DNA of 64,000 nucleotides from a virus: positions 25,997 through 89,996 of IMG/VR virus record IMGVR_UViG_3300020395_000002. One strand, 5' to 3'. Shown here piece after piece: positions 30,987 through 41,350 of this stretch. The notes under the pieces are model-generated. The model was not told where the DNA came from and searched no databases. It saw only the letters and a list, made by a program, of their open reading frames with translations. The translations under genes were made by a program, and so were the position numbers. How positions within the stretch are numbered: the first letter of the stretch is position 1; every line of letters starts with the position of its first letter.

Positions 30987-32674
30987 TGCCAATAGGATTC
31001 GCTAAAGCAATAACTACATCTGGTGGTGGAGGTTCTACTCTAGTAGCAGGCCAAACACATTTTGATGGTACCATTCACACTTATGATGGTGGTACTAGTA
31101 CTTACTGGTGGACTGTACCAGAAAATGTTTTCGCTGTCTCTGTACTTTGCATAGGTGGTGGTGGATCTGGTGGTGGAGGAGGAGACGGACACTGCGGAGG
31201 TGGTGGTGGAGGTCTCACGTGGGGTAATGATATTCCAGTGACTCCAGGTGAACAGATTTATATTTCAGTTGGATCTGGTGGTAATGCAAGTGGTACAAAC
31301 TATGACCACGGTAGGGACGGTGGTAGATCATATTTTAGGAACACAAGTACTATCTACGCTGATGGTGGTAGAGGTGGTGGTAATGGAAATAACAGCAACA
31401 ACCTAACTTGGGGTGGTGGCTACGGCGGTGCTGGTGGTAATGGATATGGCACGTACGGAGCTGGCGGTGGTAATGGCGGTCAAGGAGGTACAAACTACAC
31501 TGGTAGCCACGGTGACGAAAATGGTGGCGGTGGTGGAGGAGCTGGTGGATATACAGGTAATGGATTCCAAGGAAATAACAACACTAACACCTCAGGAGAA
31601 TACTGTGCAGCAGGTGGTGGTGGAACAGGAATGTATGGAGGCACAGGAACAGGTGGTGGAGGTGGAGAACACGGAGCAAGTGGATGGAGAGGTGGTGGAT
31701 TTGGAGCATCGGGTGGTGCAACAGCAACAAATATTCAAGGAAGTGGTAGCCAAGCTGGTGCTGGTGCTATCTACGGTGGTGGAGGAGGTGGAGGAGAAGA
31801 AACCGATAAAGCAAATAATGATGGTGCACCAGGCGTTGTAAGAATTATTTGGGGAGCAGGTAGAGCATATCCGAACACTGCCACAACTGATGTAGCTGAT
31901 GGTTCTAGTGGACAAGCAACATATACAGCTGCTGGAACCTTCAATTGGATTGCTCCTAGTGGTGTTACCTCTGTATGTGTGGTAGCAGTTGGTGCTGGTG
32001 GTAACGAAAGCACAGCAGCAGGAGATGGAGGTGGTGGACTTGGATGGAAGAATAATATCTCAGTATCACCAGGTCAGTCATACCAAGTTAAAGTTGGTGC
32101 TCGTATAGGTGGTGCTCAAGGTCACGGTGATGAGTCGTGGTTTATAAACAATAGCACTGTTTGTGGTGAAGGTGGATATATGGGTGACAGTATCACTGGT
32201 GGAGCTGGTGGAGGATACACTGGAGACGGCGGTGGTAATGGTGGTACAGGTGGAGCAGCGAATGGAAATAGAGGAGGTGGCGGTGGAGCTGGTGGATATT
32301 CTGGAAATGGTGGAGCAGGTGGAGCTGGAGTAAATTCTGGGGCAAGTAATGGTAGCAATGGATCTGGTGGCGGTGGAGGAGGTGCTGGCGGTGCTTCTTG
32401 GGAAGGCGGTGCTGGAGGAGGCGTTGGTCTTCTAGGTGAAGGTTCCAATGGTCTAGGATGTCCTGGAACATATCAAGGTACTGCTGGTCAGGCATACGCA
32501 CATTGTGGATTGGGTGGATCTGGTGGTCTACCACAATCGTGGGGTACCTTCATTGGTCTCGGACCTGGTTCAGGTGGAGGTGGAGGTAATGGTATATCTG
32601 GATCTATTGGGGCAGTAAGAATAATCTGGGGTCCTAATAGAGCATTCCCTAGCACAAATACAGGCGATCTGTAA
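30986..32674 (+). CDS. Glycine-rich adhesin-like protein with two tandem Gly-rich domains
   Basis: Start placed at the ATG overlapping the previous stop (MPIGFAKAI). Two units run from W..P..V..V.V...G.GG and GGGL.W.N.I.V.PG to G.VRIIWG..RA(Y/F)P.T. Confidence 0.75.
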   Translation: MPIGFAKAITTSGGGGSTLVAGQTHFDGTIHTYDGGTSTYWWTVPENVFAVSVLCIGGGGSGGGGGDGHCGGGGGGLTWGNDIPVTPGEQIYISVGSGGNASGTNYDHGRDGGRSYFRNTSTIYADGGRGGGNGNNSNNLTWGGGYGGAGGNGYGTYGAGGGNGGQGGTNYTGSHGDENGGGGGGAGGYTGNGFQGNNNTNTSGEYCAAGGGGTGMYGGTGTGGGGGEHGASGWRGGGFGASGGATATNIQGSGSQAGAGAIYGGGGGGGEETDKANNDGAPGVVRIIWGAGRAYPNTATTDVADGSSGQATYTAAGTFNWIAPSGVTSVCVVAVGAGGNESTAAGDGGGGLGWKNNISVSPGQSYQVKVGARIGGAQGHGDESWFINNSTVCGEGGYMGDSITGGAGGGYTGDGGGNGGTGGAANGNRGGGGGAGGYSGNGGAGGAGVNSGASNGSNGSGGGGGGAGGASWEGGAGGGVGLLGEGSNGLGCPGTYQGTAGQAYAHCGLGGSGGLPQSWGTFIGLGPGSGGGGGNGISGSIGAVRIIWGPNRAFPSTNTGDL

Positions 32675-32676
32675 GA

Positions 32677-32683
32677 CTAAATA
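32677..32683 (+). promoter_or_regulatory. Late promoter-like motif
   Basis: CTAAATA 30 nt upstream of ORF 32714. Confidence 0.55.
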
Positions 32684-32713
32684 GGTAAAGAGAACAAGTA
32701 TCTTCTGAGTTAA

Positions 32714-33631
32714 ATGGCACTCACAATTGATGTTGGTAAGATAAAAATCAAGTGGTTAGGCACGTACAATAGTGGTACTGCTTATGAACCTGATGATGCA
32801 GTTAGTTTCTATGATGGAGCAACCACGTCTGCATATATCTGTGTAGCTAACAGTACAGGGAACGACCCTGCAAACAATAACACACCACACGCAAGTTGGA
32901 ATTACTTGGCACGTGGTACAGAGTCAGCTTCAGGTGGTAGTGCTGACGGACAAGTCCAGTATAAAACTGGCACAGGTTTTGGTGGAGAGACAGGGTTCTC
33001 ATATGATGCTGCAACAGACACACTGACAGCACCTAATGCCACGATCACGGGTAATCTTACTGTACAAGGCACTCAGACCACAGTAAATACAACGAATACT
33101 ACCATCTCAGATAATACTATTGTTCTCAACTCTGGTGAAACTGGTGCTGGTATTCAACACGCAGATGGTGACTCTGGTATTGAAATTGAAAGAGGTACTG
33201 AACTCAACGCTAAGTTCTCATTTAAAGAGACAGAAGATTACTTTACTGCTGAAATAGGATCCAACCCTGCTAGACTACACGTACCTTCATACTCAGAGAA
33301 GGTTCAGAGTGAAAGTATATCATCTGGTAGTGTACCAATCGACCTTACACAGGCCGCTATTTTTATGGTCACACTCACCGAGAACATTACTGGGTTTGCT
33401 GTAACTGGTGAGCAAGCAGCAGCATCAACTAGTTTTGTACTTGTTCTGACACAGGATGGTGTAGGTGGTAGGACTGTTGATCTAACTAACTTTGTAGGTC
33501 GTACAGTTAAATGGGCTGGTGGTGTTGTACCAACAGTATCTACTAACCCTAACGCTATCGATATTTTCCTATTCACTACCTTTACAGGTGGTACAATTTA
33601 CCACGGATTTACATCTGGTCAAGAGTTCTAA
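32714..33631 (+). CDS. Tail-fibre adapter-like structural protein (paralog 2)
   Basis: MALTIDVGKIKIKW N-terminus; GNLTVQGTQTTVNT..DN.IVLN..GIEIERGT fibre motif; C-terminal KWAGG.VPT..GG..HGF..GQEF. Confidence 0.7.
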   Translation: MALTIDVGKIKIKWLGTYNSGTAYEPDDAVSFYDGATTSAYICVANSTGNDPANNNTPHASWNYLARGTESASGGSADGQVQYKTGTGFGGETGFSYDAATDTLTAPNATITGNLTVQGTQTTVNTTNTTISDNTIVLNSGETGAGIQHADGDSGIEIERGTELNAKFSFKETEDYFTAEIGSNPARLHVPSYSEKVQSESISSGSVPIDLTQAAIFMVTLTENITGFAVTGEQAAASTSFVLVLTQDGVGGRTVDLTNFVGRTVKWAGGVVPTVSTNPNAIDIFLFTTFTGGTIYHGFTSGQEF

Positions 33632-33634
33632 ACA

Positions 33635-36600
33635 ATGGCATTATTCTCTGGAAAGATGATGGCCTCTGGTGCAGGAGGCAATTTCTATACATTACTAGAA
33701 GCTAAGCGTGCTACATTAAATGACGCTAGTTACCGTAAACCTACTGGAATGTTCGATGTAGCTACATCGAGTTCTGGTGAGGTTTATACTCTTAATGGAG
33801 AAAGAAACCCTTTAACTGGTTTATACAATGCAGTTATTGCTAAGATAGGATCCATTGGTGGTGTGTCGTGGCAATATACTATATCGTCAGCAAAGAACTG
33901 CTACCCTTGTGCACTCGGATGTAATACAGCAGATAATAGTGTATACATTGTAGTAATGGAGACCACTGATCTTAGTGGTGCAAACAATTATAACGGTAAG
34001 AGATCAGACGATTCAACTGCTGCTTGGCAAGATGGTACTAACGATGCGAGGTACCATTTCGTTAAGTTTAGTGCGTCAGGTACTAGAGTATGGGAGAATG
34101 AATATGTTAGTTCAAATGCTACCAGTTATCCATCTGCAATAAGCAAAGTAGAAGGAGGAAATACTGCACACACATATAGTAATGTATTCTTTAATAGAAG
34201 TCTATCACAAGCAGATGCAGCATTAATGGGTGCACCTGACCTTCAGTTGTTTAGAAATGTAGGTCATCCAGGTAGAAACCCAACAGATAATACTCCTTGG
34301 AATCACATAATTTCTACAAGACCTAACAATGAAACATTTGCTACTCTTGGTGTAGATTGTCAGGATATAAGATCACACGACGTATATTCATTAGATGGTC
34401 CTCACTTCGGTGGTAGACCACAGTCAACATCCAACATTGTAATGGATGTACCTAACTTGTGCTTCTACATACTGGTTGCTGCTAATGCTACTGGTACTGA
34501 CTTCTCATTGTCTAAGAGCACAATGCATATCCTTAAGGTACCTTTTACTGGTGTCTCTATCAATGCTAGAGAGATAGTATATCCTGGTAGCTGGGATCAG
34601 AATGCTAAGATCACACTGGATAGTAGTGGACACCTATGTATACCTTGGACTAGTACAACTAAAGAGCGTAGATATCATAATTCAGCTGGTAGTGTAGGTG
34701 GTGCTGCTGGTAACCAGTGGTACTATATGTTCTGTGATACAGGAAATACTGCTAACCGTGACACTGAGAACTTAGGTGCTTACTTAAGGTATGATTTCAG
34801 TCAGTCAAATGACTTTGAACTAGTACGTTATGGTCAGTCAACTGAAGTTGTGGTACCTAAAGTATGTAAGGTAGAGAAAGAATGGGGTGCTGGTACAACC
34901 TATGAGTATGTTACCACTGCTGGACTATCACCTGCGTCAACATCTCAGATGGGTGGCACAGGTATGGGTAGAAGTAATAACTCAGAGTATGGAAAGTTTG
35001 GTAGATACCATAACTTTGTAGGACTCCAGAAAGTAACCAAGGCAACAGGTGCATTTGAATGGGTTCGTAACTTCTTTGCTATCCCTAATGACCTTGTTAA
35101 GATGGGAGGTGGAGAAGGTTCAGACACTAGTAGTCATAGAAGGAGTGTAGGACTACCACAGATATCAGTTTCTGATAGTAAGGTATTTGCCAATGGAATA
35201 TATTATGTTGGCAATGTAGTGTATCAAACTCAAAAGATACCAACGAGTGCACCATATAGAAATCAGAATAGTTATATTGGATGGATAGCTAAGGTTAATT
35301 TTGATGGATCCATAGACTATATCAGAGAGGTTAGAAGTTTAGTAGATAATATTCTAGAGTATACTAATAATAATGCAGGAGAGTTCCCTCCATATTATTA
35401 TAACTCAGAGCAGAATGGTGGTGTATTGTTAGATAGCATCAACTTCGATGCATTCAACAATATGATAGTCACTGCACGTCACGTTAGTGATAGTAATGTT
35501 GGATCATCTGGTCATTTTGTTGATAATATGGTATTGAAACTACCTCACAATGGTGACTTGATTGGACCAATTGAGGTAAGAGATCTATTCCCACCAGTAG
35601 GAACTACTGATCTTAGACTCAGGAGATTTACATACACTCCATCATCATTGATTAGATGTTGGGAAGAAATGTTATATGATAACAATGTAACTGCTAGTCA
35701 GTACACTGAGCCATATGGACTATTGAGACTATGTACTGGTTGGAACAACTATACAGGTCAGGAAGTAAATCCATCACAGATAGGTCCACAACAAAAGGAT
35801 GCAACATATCAAGCAACAACTGGTATTAGTCCTCTTAGACTAGCCACGTTAGATAATGGTACATATACTGGTAGATTCTTATGGCAGACACCAACACAGA
35901 ATCTACAGTTAGATACTACTAGCACTAGAGCGTGGGATAGAGCAGAGCGTCGTAGTTCTCAAGGTATATTCTTACAGACACTAGAAGAAACAACTGGTGT
36001 TAATAAAGTAATTGAACCTAAGGCATCTTGCCCTGCTTGGGTGTTTGTTGATCAGACAGTTAATACTGACAACGCACAAACAGACTTTGATGCTGCTAGC
36101 TACACTAAACTGATAGGTACTGGAGACCTAGAACCCTCAAGAATTAAGAAACAAGAGCATCCTAATGGTATTACTACTATATCACAGTATTGGGATGGAA
36201 CAGGATTACGCAAACAGATTCTCAGCCGTCACGGTCCAACTGGTGGTGTTGAGACTAGAATATATGATACAGGGTATAACACATATCCTAAAGATGTGGT
36301 AACAGATGAGGTAGGTAACATATACACAGTTGGTTGGACTGCTGATACAACTGGTAGTAACAACTATGGTGTAGGTTATATCGTTTGTTATGATAAGAAT
36401 CTATCATTCCAATGGGATTACAGATTTACTATCAATGATACAACATCACTAGTTGATGCAGTTGCTAACTCTCAGTTACACTGTGCAGCAGTCACAATGA
36501 CTAGTGCCAACACTGCTAAACTATATGTTGGTGGACATTATACCTCAGTATCATCCACAGTACCAACACAACACGCAATAGTAACTGCTATTGCTTTGGA

Positions 36601-37858
36601 CGTAGCTGGTAGTGGTGCATCTACATTAAACAACACATCATTTACTGGTGCTACTGTTGAGGTTGGTGGAGGTACATCAAACAACGCAATTGATGGTGTA
36701 TTTGGTTTAGATGTTAAACAAACAGACTCAGATGATGGAAATAAATGTTACGTAGGATATGCAGGAGCACTCTATGACACGACAGGAGCTACTACTCGTG
36801 GAATGTATGGTATTATTGAATATAATGGTACTGTTCCTAATGTCACATACCAATCATCTAACTCTTCAGGATATATCATCGGTGATGATCTTAAATTAAG
36901 TTCGTTTAGTTTCAGAAAGGCAGTTGATGCATATCAGGATACAAATAAGTATTCTAGTCAATGGGGTCATACATTTGCAGTTGGTGGAGAAGAAACACAG
37001 TCAAGTAAAACTAATGCTGTAGTTCTTATTGCTTCACAGGAACAGAATAGAGGTTCATACACAGTAACAGCACATAATAGTGCTAACTATTGGAATCATC
37101 CATTCTCACAGACATCATTTGTTATCAACAACTCTCAAGGTGCTGATATAGTTAAAGATCTACGATGGGGATTCATTGAAGTTCCTGGTACAGATGCTGC
37201 ATACTCTGATCTTGGTGGTAGTGTATACAACTATGGTGAACAGAGGTTCTTCCAACAAGGATGTTGGGAGGATAGACTATTTGTTCTCACCTCTATAACT
37301 AATCAGTTCTCACAACTTGATAGTTATATTGTTGAGGTCACATCAGGTCTATTAGGACACGATATTGGTAGTGGTGGTACACCATATAATAAAACACCTG
37401 ACAAAGCTAATGTTACACGTATTGGTAAGATAAGCACATCAGGTATCACTGAACCTGCTGGTCTTGTTATCAATGGTCCTGAACACGGTACTATAATGAC
37501 ATCATCTACTGCTGCTAACAGTGGTACTCCTAATGATCGTCAGTGCTTGACAACGAAGATCCCACTGGATATGAGTAAGCAAGATGCTAGCTACAGAGAA
37601 GTAGGATCGCAGTATGTTTACTGGTCTAAACCAGATACATCGATGGCAATCATAGCTCGTGGTACATTTAATGTAGAGTTTACTACTATTGACTCTAATA
37701 CATCATCATACCGTGATGGTACAAGATTCTGGTTTGCAGTAGACAGTGCTGTAACTGATCTAGGTGCTTGGACTGGATCTACTAATATGAATGATATTAG
37801 TGTTGCTGGTACATTCTCTATCGTAACTAAAGACCTACAACAGTTCAAACAGTCTTAA
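33635..37858 (+). CDS. Large beta-propeller-like structural/adhesin protein (1407 aa)
   Basis: Blade-like motifs DVATSSSGEVYT, IAKIGSIGGVSWQ, VKFSASGTRVWE, DVVTDEVGNIYTVG. Confidence 0.6.
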   Translation: MALFSGKMMASGAGGNFYTLLEAKRATLNDASYRKPTGMFDVATSSSGEVYTLNGERNPLTGLYNAVIAKIGSIGGVSWQYTISSAKNCYPCALGCNTADNSVYIVVMETTDLSGANNYNGKRSDDSTAAWQDGTNDARYHFVKFSASGTRVWENEYVSSNATSYPSAISKVEGGNTAHTYSNVFFNRSLSQADAALMGAPDLQLFRNVGHPGRNPTDNTPWNHIISTRPNNETFATLGVDCQDIRSHDVYSLDGPHFGGRPQSTSNIVMDVPNLCFYILVAANATGTDFSLSKSTMHILKVPFTGVSINAREIVYPGSWDQNAKITLDSSGHLCIPWTSTTKERRYHNSAGSVGGAAGNQWYYMFCDTGNTANRDTENLGAYLRYDFSQSNDFELVRYGQSTEVVVPKVCKVEKEWGAGTTYEYVTTAGLSPASTSQMGGTGMGRSNNSEYGKFGRYHNFVGLQKVTKATGAFEWVRNFFAIPNDLVKMGGGEGSDTSSHRRSVGLPQISVSDSKVFANGIYYVGNVVYQTQKIPTSAPYRNQNSYIGWIAKVNFDGSIDYIREVRSLVDNILEYTNNNAGEFPPYYYNSEQNGGVLLDSINFDAFNNMIVTARHVSDSNVGSSGHFVDNMVLKLPHNGDLIGPIEVRDLFPPVGTTDLRLRRFTYTPSSLIRCWEEMLYDNNVTASQYTEPYGLLRLCTGWNNYTGQEVNPSQIGPQQKDATYQATTGISPLRLATLDNGTYTGRFLWQTPTQNLQLDTTSTRAWDRAERRSSQGIFLQTLEETTGVNKVIEPKASCPAWVFVDQTVNTDNAQTDFDAASYTKLIGTGDLEPSRIKKQEHPNGITTISQYWDGTGLRKQILSRHGPTGGVETRIYDTGYNTYPKDVVTDEVGNIYTVGWTADTTGSNNYGVGYIVCYDKNLSFQWDYRFTINDTTSLVDAVANSQLHCAAVTMTSANTAKLYVGGHYTSVSSTVPTQHAIVTAIALDVAGSGASTLNNTSFTGATVEVGGGTSNNAIDGVFGLDVKQTDSDDGNKCYVGYAGALYDTTGATTRGMYGIIEYNGTVPNVTYQSSNSSGYIIGDDLKLSSFSFRKAVDAYQDTNKYSSQWGHTFAVGGEETQSSKTNAVVLIASQEQNRGSYTVTAHNSANYWNHPFSQTSFVINNSQGADIVKDLRWGFIEVPGTDAAYSDLGGSVYNYGEQRFFQQGCWEDRLFVLTSITNQFSQLDSYIVEVTSGLLGHDIGSGGTPYNKTPDKANVTRIGKISTSGITEPAGLVINGPEHGTIMTSSTAANSGTPNDRQCLTTKIPLDMSKQDASYREVGSQYVYWSKPDTSMAIIARGTFNVEFTTIDSNTSSYRDGTRFWFAVDSAVTDLGAWTGSTNMNDISVAGTFSIVTKDLQQFKQS

Positions 37859-37871
37859 GATAATATAAAAT

Positions 37872-37892
37872 TGAGGTTAGACCTCATAAATA
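37872..37892 (+). promoter_or_regulatory. Late promoter-like CATAAATA adjoining a small hairpin
   Basis: TGAGG-ttaga-CCTCA overlapping CATAAATA, upstream of ORF 37926. Confidence 0.45.
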
Positions 37893-37925
37893 TGTGTTAA
37901 GATCAACACAACTACGCAGGAACCA

Positions 37926-38186
37926 ATGGGAGCACATTCAAATCCATCATTACACACTCAGAATAGTACTGTTGACCTAACAGACCACCGTGATTTGGTG
38001 CTCAGTAGGGATGAGAGAGGATACCTTAAAGAAATGTTACACACCTACAGACATATGTTTGCAGAGGTGATGACAGCACAGAAATTCAATAGCTGTACTG
38101 ATACAACAAAGAGACAGCAGTTCCACGAGTTGCAAAAGAATCTAGGAAGTGGTATACTTGAGAAGATCCGTAATGTTGAACGTTGA
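37926..38186 (+). CDS. Hypothetical protein
   Basis: ORF track; AGGA RBS; overlaps the MTase start. Confidence 0.6.
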   Translation: MGAHSNPSLHTQNSTVDLTDHRDLVLSRDERGYLKEMLHTYRHMFAEVMTAQKFNSCTDTTKRQQFHELQKNLGSGILEKIRNVER

Positions 38187-39130
38187 GAGACACAGTATTA
38201 TTTGGTGATTGTAGAGATACACTCAGCACACTCAAAGCACAAATAACAACTGGTATTGCTGAGAGACCACGTATGTGTGTCACTTCTCCACCTTACTATG
38301 GTCTAAGAGACTATGGTGGTGAAGAGAATCAAATTGGTATGGAGCAGTCACCTGAAGAATTCGTACAAGAATTAGTAGATGTATTCAGTAAGGTACGTGA
38401 TGTACTGACTGATGATGGTACACTATGGTTAAACATAGGTGATAGCTACTATAACTATCGTAGTGATGGTAATTACCCACAGCAATCAGTATCTAAGACT
38501 AGACAGGATTTACCACAGAGCACACCAGTAAGAGGTAATAAACTCAAAGGATATAAGAGTAAAGATCTAATTGGTATACCTTGGATGCTTGCATTTGCAT
38601 TACGTGCTGATGGATGGTATCTAAGGCAGGATATTATATGGCATAAACCAAATCCAATGCCTGAGTCAGTCAAGGATAGGTGTACCAAGTCACACGAGTA
38701 CATATTCCTATTAAGTAAGAGTAAACAGTATTTCTATGACAATGACGCAATTAAAGAACCAGTTAAGCAAGATTGGGGTACTAGAGATCGTACTAAAGGG
38801 AAGTATCATAATCCTGGCACTGGCCTATCCCCTCACACTGGTTTAACTAAATCATATACAAAGAAGAATAAACGCTCTGTCTGGTCAGTAAATAAGAAAC
38901 CATACAAGGGTGCTCACTTCGCTACGTATCCACCTGAGTTGATCCGTCCTTGTATTCTAGCAGGTTCAGAGCGTGGTGACATTGTACTTGATCCATTTCT
39001 AGGAAGTGGCACAACAGCGATGGTAGCCAAGGATCTAGGTCGTTCGTACATAGGGTGTGAGTTGAACGAGGACTATGCCAGTTTACAAAGTGCACGTATT
39101 TCCACCATTCCCAACAAACTACCCTTATAA
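38183..39130 (+). CDS. DNA methyltransferase, N4-cytosine/N6-adenine, beta class
   Basis: Motif IV TSPPY precedes motif I VLDPFLGSGTT; also WHKPNPMP and HFATYP. Confidence 0.92.
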   Translation: MRDTVLFGDCRDTLSTLKAQITTGIAERPRMCVTSPPYYGLRDYGGEENQIGMEQSPEEFVQELVDVFSKVRDVLTDDGTLWLNIGDSYYNYRSDGNYPQQSVSKTRQDLPQSTPVRGNKLKGYKSKDLIGIPWMLAFALRADGWYLRQDIIWHKPNPMPESVKDRCTKSHEYIFLLSKSKQYFYDNDAIKEPVKQDWGTRDRTKGKYHNPGTGLSPHTGLTKSYTKKNKRSVWSVNKKPYKGAHFATYPPELIRPCILAGSERGDIVLDPFLGSGTTAMVAKDLGRSYIGCELNEDYASLQSARISTIPNKLPL

Positions 39131-39156
39131 TAGTATCACGTTCGCAAGTTTCGCAC

Positions 39157-39423
39157 TTGACCACATCCTCAACTCGTCGTCGTACACGCAAGGCACCTGC
39201 TAAGAAGGCAGCACCAGCAGCATCTAAAGCAGTGTTAAATACTACACCAGTAGTAGAGGCACCTAAAGTGACCGAGACACCTAAAGTAAAACCACCAGCA
39301 GACATCACAAAATTACGTGGGTTTGACTTCGTGGTATTACCTCTGATATTCCTTGAGGCATTTATAGTGAACATTGTACAGAATGCTGGATTCAAAGTTC
39401 CAGACCGAGTAGCAGTTCAGTAA
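39157..39423 (+). CDS. Small protein with a basic Lys/Ala/Arg-rich N-terminus and a hydrophobic C-terminal segment
   Basis: RRRTRKAPAKKAAPAASK; FVVLPLIFLEAFIVNIV; follows a cassette promoter. Confidence 0.6.
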   Translation: MTTSSTRRRTRKAPAKKAAPAASKAVLNTTPVVEAPKVTETPKVKPPADITKLRGFDFVVLPLIFLEAFIVNIVQNAGFKVPDRVAVQ

Positions 39424-39432
39424 GTGTCACAC

Positions 39433-39457
39433 AACCCCCTTCACAGGGGGTTTTTTA
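39433..39457 (+). terminator. Terminator-like hairpin inside a promoter cassette
   Basis: AACCCCCT-tcac-AGGGGGTT followed by TTTT; near-identical hairpins occur at ~42026 and ~48434. Confidence 0.7.
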
Positions 39458-39488
39458 ATGCTATAATGAATCTATTAATGAGGTATCA

Positions 39489-39668
39489 ATGGAATTTCCT
39501 AAGGTCACAAGATACACAAGAGCACCAAGAGAAGGCAAGTATGTCATTTGTCCTCATTGTGAGGGTGCTATGAGAGTATTCAACTTCTCATTCTCTGCAC
39601 TAGGTTGTATGTACTGTAACAGGATGGTTAATAAGTATGATTTAACTTGTGCCCCTGTGTTACAATGA
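39489..39668 (+). CDS. Small zinc-ribbon protein (59 aa)
   Basis: Hand-translated MEFPKVTRYTRAPREGKYVICPHCEGAMRVFNFSFSALGCMYCNRM...; two CxxC motifs; GAGG RBS. Confidence 0.7.
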   Translation: MEFPKVTRYTRAPREGKYVICPHCEGAMRVFNFSFSALGCMYCNRMVNKYDLTCAPVLQ

Positions 39669-39738
39669 TAGTACCAATATTATTCTGGTCGTACGTTGCA
39701 TTTGCAGCGTCTGTAGCTATCTACCTTAAAGTAACTGA

Positions 39739-40365
39739 ATGAACTTTGAACGCTACGACATCTTTCCAACACCAGTATTTGAATTAGATGTGCCATCTGA
39801 CTTATATGCTCAGTTGTTATCCCTCTGCAATGTTGTAGACTGGGATACTGCTGAGACATATGCAGGTGGTTCTTCTAGTTGCAATGTACTAAACTTTCCA
39901 CAACAAGATGGTATACTATCATACTCTGACTTCACACCATTTCGTAAGTGGGCAGAGGACAGGCTAGAAGACATTAGTAATGGTATACCAGGTAATTACA
40001 GCAGTAATGTTAAGATAAATGCTGCTTGGATTAACAGATATAAGAAGGGTGACTATAATAGAGCACACAACCATCCGTGGTCATTGTACAGTGGTGTTGT
40101 GTTCCTGACAGGGAACTCAGGTAATATGGTATTCATAAAACCTAACCCATACAATGAAGAGGTCTTAAAGATCAGTAATGTGCACGATACTGTACCATTT
40201 CAGTCACAAGGTGGTAAAATGGTCGTGTTTCCCTCGACTCTCAAGCACTTTGTGACTGAGAATCAGAATGAAACAATTCGTTATACTCTAGCATTTAATG
40301 CTATGCCTGACAAGGTGGATGATGGACACACTGTCCAGTTTAAAAACTGTCACACAGATGGTTGA
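39739..40365 (+). CDS. 2OG-Fe(II) oxygenase (TIGR02466-like)
   Basis: IFPTPV, AWIN, HNHPWSLYSGVVF, VFPSTLKHFV, RYTLAFN. Confidence 0.88.
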   Translation: MNFERYDIFPTPVFELDVPSDLYAQLLSLCNVVDWDTAETYAGGSSSCNVLNFPQQDGILSYSDFTPFRKWAEDRLEDISNGIPGNYSSNVKINAAWINRYKKGDYNRAHNHPWSLYSGVVFLTGNSGNMVFIKPNPYNEEVLKISNVHDTVPFQSQGGKMVVFPSTLKHFVTENQNETIRYTLAFNAMPDKVDDGHTVQFKNCHTDG

Positions 40366-40416
40366 GTCGGTACCGATAAGGACTATAATAGGTACATAAC
40401 ACACACAGGAGTTTAA

Positions 40417-40800
40417 ATGAGTCTTGAATCTGTATCTGCATCTCACGAGATCACAGTTGATGAGTTCGTCTCTGGTAAGGTTACTCCATTGAGTATGGAA
40501 GACAGAGTGTACGAATGGACTCAGAAACTCGTTGAGTGCTTACAAGCAAACTATGACCAAAATGGTTATTGTGACACTAAGTTTGAGATCCGTAGAGGAC
40601 GTAAGTTCCTTAAGATCGTGATGATTAACAATCAAGAGTCTGTTCACGCATTTATTGACAAGAAGACTGGTGAGGTATACAAACCAGCATCTTGGAACAA
40701 AGCAGCACAGCACGTTAGATATGATCTACGCATCATTAACTCACGTATGGAGTGTTATGCACGTGCTGACTGGGCAGGTGGCTATCTTTATATGAGGTAA
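40417..40800 (+). CDS. Conserved phage hypothetical protein
   Basis: GRKFLKI...SVHAFIDKKTGEVYKPASW...RY motif, recalled from T4-like phages; AGGAG RBS; follows a cassette promoter. Confidence 0.75.
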   Translation: MSLESVSASHEITVDEFVSGKVTPLSMEDRVYEWTQKLVECLQANYDQNGYCDTKFEIRRGRKFLKIVMINNQESVHAFIDKKTGEVYKPASWNKAAQHVRYDLRIINSRMECYARADWAGGYLYMR

Positions 40801-40877
40801 CCATCTATGCACGCTCTAATTGTCCTTTTTTCGTGCATTTTAATTTGCACGATCGTCCTAATCTACACTCTTTACAA

Positions 40878-41126
40878 ATGGAATCCTCATTAAATCAGTT
40901 AATTTCCGACCTTTCATACAGTATAGATACACTTGGTATGAAAGACGAGCATATGGAAGAGTTCTTCTCCATATGTGACAAGTATCAGACAACTCCAGAG
41001 TATTTTGCAGAGGAGTTTATGTGTATGTCAATAAGTAGAGATCAAGGTGCTGTACACGATGATGACTACTTAGAACTCGATGCGTTCAACGCATACCACG
41101 GCATTTACTTCGAGGAAGTTGAATGA
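40878..41126 (+). CDS. Small acidic hypothetical protein
   Basis: ORF track 40833..41126; start moved to the ATG (MESSLNQL). Confidence 0.55.
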   Translation: MESSLNQLISDLSYSIDTLGMKDEHMEEFFSICDKYQTTPEYFAEEFMCMSISRDQGAVHDDDYLELDAFNAYHGIYFEEVE

Positions 41127-41350
41127 AGTTTCACATAGGGGATCACGTGAAGTGTGGTGATGATGAAGGATTCATCACATTTGTGGGTGACCCCTATTTT
41201 ACTCTCTGTGTACGTCAGTGGGAAGATCCCAACTCTATGCACGGATTTCGTCAATGTAATGTATTAATCTATCGAAATGACTGGACTAAATGTACCATCA
41301 CACGCAGAAATGATTCATCTTCAACTGCAAGCGATGTTGAGGGAACATAG
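41123..41350 (+). CDS. Hypothetical protein (SH3/KOW-like N-terminus)
   Basis: F.IGDHV....EGFITFV; ATGA coupling. Confidence 0.6.
   Translation: MKFHIGDHVKCGDDEGFITFVGDPYFTLCVRQWEDPNSMHGFRQCNVLIYRNDWTKCTITRRNDSSSTASDVEGT

Noticed and set aside
32122-32534. Proline- and histidine-rich - strand ORFs
   Set aside because: They are antisense shadows of the GGT/GGA glycine codons in the + strand gene.
30986-32674. Duplicated Gly-rich domains as a diversity-generating retroelement template/variable pair
   Set aside because: The copies diverge at all bases rather than only at adenines, both are in frame, and no reverse transcriptase is in the window.
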